Shown here one piece after another: positions 1 through 8,050 of a DNA stretch of 64,000 nucleotides. Below the pieces are notes generated by a model, which saw nothing but the letters and a program-made list of their open reading frames with translations, was not told where the DNA came from and made no database searches. Origin of the DNA: an uncultured Sarcina sp. (GTDB lineage: Bacteria; Bacillota; Clostridia; Clostridiales; Clostridiaceae); assembly GCA_963557775.1 (NCBI GenBank), contig CAUWDH010000020.1, forward strand, positions 2,052 to 66,051. Direction: 5' to 3'. Both the position numbers and the translations under genes were made by a program. How positions within the stretch are numbered: the stretch's first letter is position 1; each line of letters opens with the position of its first letter.

Positions 1-61
1 AAAATATAATTATAGCTATTCCAATAACTATACCTATTACTATACCTGACATTAACTTCAT
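1..61 (-). CDS. 5' end of a small hydrophobic (membrane) protein, truncated by the window edge
   Basis: ATG at 61..59 lies 9 nt after GGAGG (revcomp of 71-75). The translation MKLMSGIVIGIVIGIAIIIF runs off the window. Confidence 0.35.
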   Translation of the reverse strand, partial: MKLMSGIVIGIVIGIAIIIF

Positions 62-123
62 TAAATCACTCCTCCAATATATATTAACATAGCATTAATA
101 GGTAGAAAAACCGGCAAAATATT

Positions 124-168
124 ATAAAAAAGTAACAAGGATGTATCAAAATTAATTAATACATCCCT
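124..168 (-). terminator. Rho-independent terminator downstream of the GNAT pseudogene
   Basis: Arms AAGGATGTAT (137-146) and ATACATCCCT (159-168). On the minus strand the single mismatch becomes a G-U pair and the hairpin is followed by a T-run (revcomp of 124-136). Confidence 0.6.
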
Positions 169-270
169 ACTTTTCTAATATTTACTTATATTTCCCGAAT
201 AAAAAAATATATAATTTCTTTTTTCATTTATTGAATTATTCTTCTGTAGGCACTTTAGGTCCTACTAAAT

Positions 271-718
271 TCAATTTATAAAAAGCAAGCCAAATTTAAA
301 ACCTACTTTTGTTACTGTACCTAAATACTTAAATCCCATTTTTTCATGCATTTTTATACTGCCTTCATTGGCCACATCAATTCCTGCTACAAGTGTTGCA
401 TATTCTCTTTCATTAGCAATCTTTATTATTTCCTTCATTAATTTTGTTGCAATCCCATGGTTTCTATAATCCTTATGTACATATATGGAATGCTCTATAC
501 CATGCTCTAAAAGGGCCAAATGTAGCAAAACCAACAACCCTATTATCTTCTTCAAATACTAATAGTGAATAAGCACCTTGTTTCTTTTTTTCATACTATT
601 GTTTTCTCTCTTCAAATGTCTCAGGCTTATAAGTGTAAATAGCTGTTGTATTCATTATAGCATCATTATAAATTTCTAAAATATCTTCTAAATTTTTTTC
701 ATTTGCTTCTCTTATCAT
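271..718 (-). pseudogene. GNAT N-acetyltransferase (phosphinothricin-acetyltransferase-like), disrupted by a nonsense codon and a frameshift
   Basis: From ATG 718..716 (GGAG SD upstream) the frame reads MIREANEKNLEDILEIYNDAIMNTTAIYTYKPETFEERKQ, then TAG at 598..596 where relatives have Trp. It continues YEKKKQGAYSLLVFEEDNRVVGFATFGPFRAW, then shifts frame near 495-510 into tracked ORF 271..555 (IEHSIYVHKDYRNHGIA...LVAGIDVANEGSIKMHEKMGF). Confidence 0.8.
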
Positions 719-814
719 TTTTACTCCTTTTACAGCAAAGTTATTTTTTATATTCTAGCACTTTTTATACAAAGCATAAAACCAACTTTAAGTATCTTTA
801 CTATTACGTTGAAA

Positions 815-858
815 TAAAAAAATCACTTGCTTTTCTTACAAAACAGCAAGTGATTTTC
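815..858. terminator. Bidirectional hairpin terminator after the giant NTPase gene
   Basis: ATCACTTGCT (822-831) pairs with AGCAAGTGAT (845-854). An A-run lies on the left and TTTT on the right. Confidence 0.7.
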
Positions 859-901
859 AATAACATTTAAACTACATTATTTCTTATAAAAAACTATTCT
901 T

Positions 902-3900
902 TTAAGTTCTTTTTCTATTTACTACTATTCTATTTTTTTCTTGCTTGAAAGTAGATATATACATTTTACTTTTTAGCTTTTCTAAAATTAACATATTTGC
1001 CTTAGTATTTTTTATATACATTTTTTTAGGACTTAAATCTAATAAACCACTATATTCTTCATCTATATATACTAATAAATTGCTAATATCCTGTTTATCA
1101 ATAAACTCTATTTGATATGCTATTAATCTTCTTCTTTTTTCCTTTTCAAAATCACATCGTATTATACTCTCAATTAATTTATATTCTATTTTTTCATTAG
1201 ATAAAAACTTTTCAATAATATCAAATATAATTTCTGCTAAAGAATCATCGATCTCTATATATTCTCCATAAAGCTTAATAATATTATATTTATTATCTTC
1301 TGATATTTTATCTGATTTAAGTATTAACTCCATATCACTTGAGTCAAAATCTTGTATTTTCTCTGAAATAAACTTCTCAATATTATTTTCTAACAAATTT
1401 ATATGTAACCCATCGTAATTAGTTTTTAGTGATTTATATATACTTTCAGTTAACGCAATAAGTTTTTTATTTATTAACACTAAAATTCTACTATCTAACA
1501 TATTTTCAAAATCAAAATCTATAAATGAGCCACCTAATTTACAGGATAATAAGTCGACTATTTCGTCTGAAATTATTTTAGACATTATAAACTTCTCAAC
1601 AAATAAATCTATATCTTCTTTTTCGTCATTACTAATAGATTCTTTATACAAAGTATCTTTTAATAATTCTTTACATACTTGAAGGTTATTTATAAAACTA
1701 CCTAAACATTCGTCTATACTATCATTAATCTTATAGTAACTTAATATATTTTCCCAACTAAAATTAACTTTCAAATTATCAAAGATTAAATTCCATATAT
1801 CTATATTTTTTATTTTATTTATATCGTCAATCTTAAATTGCTTAATATTGATTATATTATCTATAAGACCTTTATCTACTTCTTCATTATTTAAAATTTC
1901 AATTATAGTTTCAGTATTTTCTATAACACTAGATTCTACGAATATATTTCTTAAATATAAGTTTATATTATTTTCTATATATTTTATTAGATAATTTAAT
2001 TCATTTTTCTTTATATATGAATAAGCTAATTCTATATCATTCATATTTTCTATATTTTTATTCTCAATGAAAATTATTTTACTAACTATATCTATATTAA
2101 GTTCATATAAATCATGAGAATATATATCTTCAAAGACACTAATATATTGCTTATTTGACTGATTTTTTATGTCATTAACTATATCTTTATCTATATTTTT
2201 TAATTTTATATTTAATTTTATTAATATCTCTTTAAGTTTAGTTTTTTCTATTTTAATTGCTATTGTTTTTATAAAATTAGAATTTAATTCAATATATTCT
2301 TTTATATATCCATCGTTATTTTGTATTAATATATTTTCTACACTACAATATTTCAATAATAATTCTAAAATATAATCTTTTTTCTCTGATGATAAATAAC
2401 TATTTCCATATATACTATTCCAAAAGTTATTTATATTTTGACATAATAACTCAATAAAGCTAGAAATCTCTCCACTTTCATAGATAAAATCTATTATAAA
2501 ATTTATATCTTCCATTTTTAATTCTGACAAAAGGCCTACTATTTTCTTTAACCTTATTTTATTAATATCAATATATACATTTTCAGATAAAAATTTGATT
2601 AAGTTATAATTTAATATAGCTTTTGATTCAAAATCTTCTATCCTAAACTTAACTAATATCTCATTAATATTGTCTAATTTAAATTCGCAATCTAGTGGTT
2701 TATTATAGATTACACTTTGAACAAATTCAAAATCTTTTTGAGTTAATCTACCTTCATAAAAATATAATGAATAATATGAATACATTTCATCTATATACCC
2801 ATACTTTAGCAATCTAATAATTAAAGATTCCTCTTTTATTTTTTCATCTAAGCAATTAAAAAATCTTTCATCTTTCATAAGAGTAGCTACTGAACTATTT
2901 TTAAATTCTTTAATTTTATCTTCTGTATTTTGTATTTTCTTCTGATTCAATTTTATTTTTTCTTCTATATTTGTTCCCCTAGATTTTATAGCCATTAACC
3001 TTTCATAAAAATTAGTCTTTTCACCGTTTATAGTCATAAGATTTTCGAAATCTATTTTTATCCAATTATAATAATAATTTTTCTCTTGTGAAAATTCTAA
3101 TGAATTAACATTCTTCAACTTTTCAATAATCTCAATATTTTCCAAATCTTTAATGCTAAATATGTCATTAGAACATCTAATATAGTTAGCTCCCATAGAC
3201 TTCCATTTTTCATTATATACTGTATATAACTCTTCCTCATTTTCTAATATTTCTTTTTCTAGTTGCTGTATATTTAACCTATAAACTTCGAGTTCTTTAT
3301 ATAAACTGCCTATTGCTTTATCTGCAATTTTATTTTTTTCTGAAAAAACATTATATACCATACCATCTCTATTTTGTAACTTAGTAAAATCAACAGGATA
3401 TAAATTTTTATATACTATAATAGCAAGTAAATTATCAGCACTCAAAGTTATATTTCCTTTTTCTATTACTAATCTTCTATAATATATCAAAAATTCATTA
3501 TAAATATTTGTTAACAATCTCATATCATCTATAAATATAGATAAGTCACTTAATAACTCCTTGCTAACAATATTTCTTTGGTATCCATATTTTTCATTAA
3601 ATTGTTCTATCTTCTTGCTTAGAATTTCATAAGAGTTTTCTCCATTTACAATAGGTATAACTGGAATTATAAAATCAAAAAACTTAGTTCTATTTTTATT
3701 CATTTCTTTTTTGTCAATATATTTATATTCCTCATCATTCTCCAAATCTTCTTTAATAAAAAATATTTCATCCTTTATTGCATAAACAAAAGTCACTTTC
3801 TTACTTATAGAATCTGCTTTGTTTATTAAAGTATTTAATTCTCTAAGCTTAGTAAAAATCTCTAAGTTATCAAATCTATCTAAATCTTCAAAAAATACAA

Positions 3901-4834
3901 TATCATATTTTAATGATTCAAAAAAATACATAATTTCATCTAAATATCTATTAAATGTTTCACTTTCTTCTCTTTTACCAAATTCTAAATTACCATCTTT
4001 AGTTTGTATTTTATTTATTGTAAATTTACTTAATATGAATTTAATTAAAATCATTGTTATATATAGTATTGTTATACTACATATACAGACAATAATAATT
4101 ACAGTTAGATTAACATTATTTTTTACTATGGGTATAGTACTAAACAATTTTTTCAACTTTAAAATATTAGAAGTAAATTTTTCTATTAATTCAGGTTTTA
4201 TTAACAAGCTTAGTGTTAGTATCAATGACATAAAGATTAAAGTTACTTTAAATATATGTAGAAATCTTATATTTTTTATTTTGCGAAATCTAGAGTATGG
4301 CATCTTATCATAGCTAACTTTATAAAAAATCTGATTTAATATATTTCTTTCAAGTTCTTCTTCCAGTTTGTCATCTTCGCTATTTATAAATGTAGCTAAT
4401 GATACATCTAAATATTTATATTCTTTATATTGCTCTTTAAAACTTTCTATAATACTACTTTTTCCTGATCCATATATTCCTGATATCGCAATATTTTTTC
4501 TTTTCAAATCATCAATAGATTCTTTAAGAGCCTTAATATAACTATTGCTTCTATCTAAATTATCTTTTGGTGTTAAACTTTCATATTCCTTTTTATAATC
4601 TAACTTTTTTAATATCTTATTATTTATTTTTGCCAATAATGAAATACATAAATTTATAAATAATGAAAGTTTCTCTATAATAATCTTGTATTTATCTAGT
4701 ATATATTTCTTTATTCTTGTCCAAACTTTACTGCTTTTTTTCAGATTTAATACAAGTAAAATTATATTTATAATAAATATTAAAGTTATAATAATAAATA
4801 TCCCCCTCTTCCTCAAACATCTATATTTTGTCAT
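902..4834 (-). CDS. Giant (1310 aa) YobI/KAP-like P-loop NTPase with transmembrane segments inserted in the NTPase domain
   Basis: Walker A is GIYGSGKS (aa 119-126). Two hydrophobic helices lie at about aa 190-270. Walker B is IVFFEDLDRF (about aa 311-320). An N-terminal TM helix is present. The remaining ~950 aa are Ile/Asn/Lys/Glu-rich with no motif I recognise. The DNA is visibly more AT-rich than the neighbours. Confidence 0.7.
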   Translation of the reverse strand: MTKYRCLRKRGIFIIITLIFIINIILLVLNLKKSSKVWTRIKKYILDKYKIIIEKLSLFINLCISLLAKINNKILKKLDYKKEYESLTPKDNLDRSNSYIKALKESIDDLKRKNIAISGIYGSGKSSIIESFKEQYKEYKYLDVSLATFINSEDDKLEEELERNILNQIFYKVSYDKMPYSRFRKIKNIRFLHIFKVTLIFMSLILTLSLLIKPELIEKFTSNILKLKKLFSTIPIVKNNVNLTVIIIVCICSITILYITMILIKFILSKFTINKIQTKDGNLEFGKREESETFNRYLDEIMYFFESLKYDIVFFEDLDRFDNLEIFTKLRELNTLINKADSISKKVTFVYAIKDEIFFIKEDLENDEEYKYIDKKEMNKNRTKFFDFIIPVIPIVNGENSYEILSKKIEQFNEKYGYQRNIVSKELLSDLSIFIDDMRLLTNIYNEFLIYYRRLVIEKGNITLSADNLLAIIVYKNLYPVDFTKLQNRDGMVYNVFSEKNKIADKAIGSLYKELEVYRLNIQQLEKEILENEEELYTVYNEKWKSMGANYIRCSNDIFSIKDLENIEIIEKLKNVNSLEFSQEKNYYYNWIKIDFENLMTINGEKTNFYERLMAIKSRGTNIEEKIKLNQKKIQNTEDKIKEFKNSSVATLMKDERFFNCLDEKIKEESLIIRLLKYGYIDEMYSYYSLYFYEGRLTQKDFEFVQSVIYNKPLDCEFKLDNINEILVKFRIEDFESKAILNYNLIKFLSENVYIDINKIRLKKIVGLLSELKMEDINFIIDFIYESGEISSFIELLCQNINNFWNSIYGNSYLSSEKKDYILELLLKYCSVENILIQNNDGYIKEYIELNSNFIKTIAIKIEKTKLKEILIKLNIKLKNIDKDIVNDIKNQSNKQYISVFEDIYSHDLYELNIDIVSKIIFIENKNIENMNDIELAYSYIKKNELNYLIKYIENNINLYLRNIFVESSVIENTETIIEILNNEEVDKGLIDNIINIKQFKIDDINKIKNIDIWNLIFDNLKVNFSWENILSYYKINDSIDECLGSFINNLQVCKELLKDTLYKESISNDEKEDIDLFVEKFIMSKIISDEIVDLLSCKLGGSFIDFDFENMLDSRILVLINKKLIALTESIYKSLKTNYDGLHINLLENNIEKFISEKIQDFDSSDMELILKSDKISEDNKYNIIKLYGEYIEIDDSLAEIIFDIIEKFLSNEKIEYKLIESIIRCDFEKEKRRRLIAYQIEFIDKQDISNLLVYIDEEYSGLLDLSPKKMYIKNTKANMLILEKLKSKMYISTFKQEKNRIVVNRKRT

Positions 4835-5126
4835 AAATAGTTATTATTTTCTACTTTTATTATATCATTACAACAAAAAAAGATTAATTATCTTCAATTA
4901 GAACATTAATCTTTTTCTTTATTTTATGTATATTATTATATTACAGTAAATTTATTTGTCATCAACTCTTTAATTTATCTTATAAAATTTCTATTTCATC
5001 ATAAAATCTCTTCACTAAAAACTCTAAAAATGCGCAATCTCTTTTCTATCATATAAAACTGATATTAGTATAAAATAGTGGATACTATTAATTGAACTAA
5101 GTAAAATTATATTTAGTTAGAGATGA

Positions 5127-5393
5127 TGTATTCCTACTATAGATAGAAGTAAAATTTATACAGATGAATATAAAGAAATGATTTCTAATTTATACAACTC
5201 TAGAATGAATGTAACAAAAATAAGTAATAAATATGGAATAGCAAAATTAACTATAAATGAATAGATAAAAGCTAATAAAAAAGTTAAAGTTAGTGATAAG
5301 GAATTTATGACAATGAAATATAAAAAAGACTATGTCCATATTTACAAAGGAAAATTAGACAAAATAATAGACATTATAAATACCAATAAGTAA
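5127..5393 (+). mobile_element. IS3-family transposase OrfA (HTH) remnant with no start codon, an internal stop and no OrfB
   Basis: The frame reads CIPTIDRSKIYTDEYKEMISNLYNSRMNVTKISNKYGIAKLTINE*IKANKKVKVSDKEF..., the typical IS3 OrfA HTH pattern. TAG at 5262-5264 sits where the conserved Trp of the (Y/N)xWIK motif is expected. Confidence 0.6.
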
Positions 5394-5752
5394 AAAATAT
5401 TATTTACACCAAAATATCTAGTCTCTCAGTCTTTCACAGATTTTCGCATCTAACACTTAATTTTTACTTCTATTTAGCAACATACAAGTTTTAGCTATTA
5501 ATTACCTTCAATCAAACTCCCTTTATTCATTTTCTTAAGCACTCCTTGCTTGCAGCATATTCCTGTAGTGTACTCTCTTATTAAAGTTTATATTTCCTTT
5601 TCCTTTCTCCCACAGCCACACTCTCATCTTAAAAAAATTCCGACTATAATTCGACTATTAAAAATTCATAAAAATAGTCGTATCAATAACCCCTTTTATA
5701 ATCAAATTTTAATAGAAATCTAAAAAACTTTTATTTTTTTATCGTTCCAGTT

Positions 5753-5787
5753 AAAAAAAAGAGCCAAGCAATTACCTTGCTAAGCTC
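5753..5787 (-). terminator. Rho-independent terminator of the rRNA methyltransferase gene
   Basis: The minus strand reads GAGCTTAGCAAGGTAATTGCTTGGCTC followed by TTTTTTTT. Confidence 0.7.
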
Positions 5788-5933
5788 CTTTATTTCTCTT
5801 ATTTTCTTTCTATTTTTTGCTTTGTTTTATCTACTATAAACTTTCCACTTAATTCTGTATCAAAAATATCTTTCGCTAAACTTTTTTATGAAGAACCATT
5901 ATTAATTCGAATTAATTAAACTATATTAGAATA

Positions 5934-7292
5934 TTACAATTTCTTATTTAAATTTACAACAGTCTCTACATGCGGAGTATGTGGGAACATATCCATTAAA
6001 ACTGTTTTTTCTATTTCATAGCCACCTATTTGTAAAGCCTTTAAGTCTTCTACTAAAGTCTTTGGATTACATGAAACATATATTATTTGTTTTGGATTAA
6101 ACTTAATTACATATTCCATAGCTTTTGGATGTACTCCACTTCTTGGTGGGTCTAAGATTATTATGTCTGGTTTATCCTTTATTGTTTTTATAACTTCAGC
6201 TACATCACCAGCTATAAAGTTACAGTTTTCAAGGTTATTTAACTTAGCATTTTCGTTAGCAGCTACTACAGCTTCTTCTATAAGCTCAACACCAACAACT
6301 TTTTCTGCTTTTCCTGCTGCAATTTGACCAATTGTTCCTGTTCCACAATATAAGTCAAATACAACTTTATTACTTGCATCTCCCATGAAATCTCTAACTA
6401 TGCTATATAATTTTTCAGCACCTTCTGAGTTTGTTTGGAAGAATGAAAATGGTGATATTTTAAATTTAAGCCCTAATAATTCCTCTGTTATATGGTCTTC
6501 ACCATAAAGTATATTAATTTTTTCTGGAATTACAGCATCAGAAAATGAATCATTTTCTGTATGAATTATAGATTTTAAAGTTCCTTTGTAATCTAAGTTC
6601 TTTATTATGTCTACATATTCACTTAAATCAAAATCTATTTGTGTTGTAGTAACTAAGTTAACTATTATTTCACCAGTTTTCTTAGCTTTTCTAATTACTA
6701 AATGTCTTAAGTAACCTTCTCTTTGCATAACCTTATAAAAGGGTAAGCCTTTTTCTCTAAAATAATTAACTGTTGCCTTACATACTATTTCAAAATCATC
6801 ATCAGTTAAACAACATTTATCTATGTTAACTATTCCATTTCTTTTATTTACCATGTGCATTCCAAGGTTTAATTCTCCACCCTTAACTTCATCACCGAAG
6901 CTATATTCCATCTTATTTCTGTAATGATTTATTTCTGGGCTGTTTTCTATACCTAAGAAATTTCCCATAGTTACATTGCCTTCTTCAAAAAGCTTTTTAA
7001 CTTCATCTGTTTTAAATTCTAATTGTTTTTCATAAGGTATAACTTGTTGAATACATCCTCCTGATACTCCATGGTGATCACACATAGGTTCTATCTCGTA
7101 TTCAGCTTTTTCAACTACTTCAAGTACCTTTATTTCAGCGTATTCTCTTCTTTTCTTACTAACTCTCCCTTTAACAACTTGACCTGGAAAAGCATTTTTT
7201 GCAAAAACTTTTAATCCGTTCACATAGCCAATTCCTTTAGCTGGGAATTCTATATCTTCTATTTTAACTTCAATTATGCTTCCTTTTTTCAT
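5934..7292 (-). CDS. TRAM-domain 23S rRNA (uracil-5)-methyltransferase, RumA/RlmCD/TrmA family
   Basis: N-terminal TRAM-like domain. SAM methyltransferase motifs [15 protein letters not shown] and DPPRSG. Length 452 aa. Confidence 0.85.
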   Translation of the reverse strand: MKKGSIIEVKIEDIEFPAKGIGYVNGLKVFAKNAFPGQVVKGRVSKKRREYAEIKVLEVVEKAEYEIEPMCDHHGVSGGCIQQVIPYEKQLEFKTDEVKKLFEEGNVTMGNFLGIENSPEINHYRNKMEYSFGDEVKGGELNLGMHMVNKRNGIVNIDKCCLTDDDFEIVCKATVNYFREKGLPFYKVMQREGYLRHLVIRKAKKTGEIIVNLVTTTQIDFDLSEYVDIIKNLDYKGTLKSIIHTENDSFSDAVIPEKINILYGEDHITEELLGLKFKISPFSFFQTNSEGAEKLYSIVRDFMGDASNKVVFDLYCGTGTIGQIAAGKAEKVVGVELIEEAVVAANENAKLNNLENCNFIAGDVAEVIKTIKDKPDIIILDPPRSGVHPKAMEYVIKFNPKQIIYVSCNPKTLVEDLKALQIGGYEIEKTVLMDMFPHTPHVETVVNLNKKL

Positions 7293-7307
7293 TATACACT
7301 CCTAAAA

Positions 7308-7577
7308 TTATTTAAATAATTTATTACCAACAGTAGCTTTAAGTTTTGAACTCTCTAATATTGGTCTATAGCATATATTCATTATTAAATATAATAAAAA
7401 GAATAGAGGTACTCTTTCTGCTATATAGTATCCAAATATCTTAAATGCTCCATCAAAAATAGCTAATAATATTAAAGCAGAAATTATTATGCAACATTGG
7501 TTAGCTACTTCAACCATTATTTTAGAAAAAAAACCTTGTTTCTTATTTTCATTTTGCCCTTGGGAATTTTGTTCCAT
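7308..7577 (-). CDS. Small membrane protein (RDD-like)
   Basis: 89 aa with two hydrophobic helices and a C-terminal ESSKLKATVGNKLF resembling the RDD-family signature. SD GGAGG lies upstream. Confidence 0.45.
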   Translation of the reverse strand: MEQNSQGQNENKKQGFFSKIMVEVANQCCIIISALILLAIFDGAFKIFGYYIAERVPLFFLLYLIMNICYRPILESSKLKATVGNKLFK

Positions 7578-7842
7578 TATTAAATTCCTCCTTGTTTTTT
7601 TACTTCAAATATCTTTCTAATATTAACTTTCGTTTAATAAGTATACTATATTAAATACTTACTGTAAACTTTCATAAGCTCTTATTCATATCTTTTACAT
7701 AAAAATAAATTTTATTATTAACTCTCTTAAATTCTAATGTTAGGAGTATTTTCATTTCTAAAAAACCTTAATAAATTCTACTATTTTTCACTCTGTCTTC
7801 ATAAAAAATTCATTTTTTATTTTTAATAAAATATCCAAAGAC

Positions 7843-7944
7843 TATAATACTCCTAAAACAAACAATATAATACTCCTAAATAGGCTTGATTAAGCATTAA
7901 AATAGAGTCAAAACTCTATCTAAATTGAGTTTTAGAGTTTTTTG
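7843..7944 (-). repeat. Dispersed intergenic element, copy A (rearranged or partial)
   Basis: TAAGCATTAAAATAGAGTCAAAACTCTATCTAAATTGAG matches the 3' hairpin module of copies B-E. ATAATACTCCTAAA is duplicated at 7843 and 7867. Confidence 0.55.
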
Positions 7945-8050
7945 TAAAATAAATTCACTTTTTATCTTAATTTTTGGAATTGTTTTCTTTTACTTTTGAA
8001 ATTTACTATGAGATTATAAGTATGTAAACATTTTTAAAGGGGGAATTTTA

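Noticed and set aside
2169-4901. Plus-strand ORFs 2169..2375, 3819..4313 and 4686..4901, antisense to the giant NTPase gene
   Set aside because: They are low-complexity Ile/Leu/Phe/Ser-rich translations of the reverse strand of a very AT-rich gene. They have no SD and no recognisable motifs. The minus-strand ORF has clear P-loop motifs and spans the region uninterrupted.
8020-8040. Catabolite-responsive element (cre) upstream of the glycanase-like gene (TGTAAACATTTTTA)
   Set aside because: The central CG of the cre consensus is missing and the right half-site does not match.
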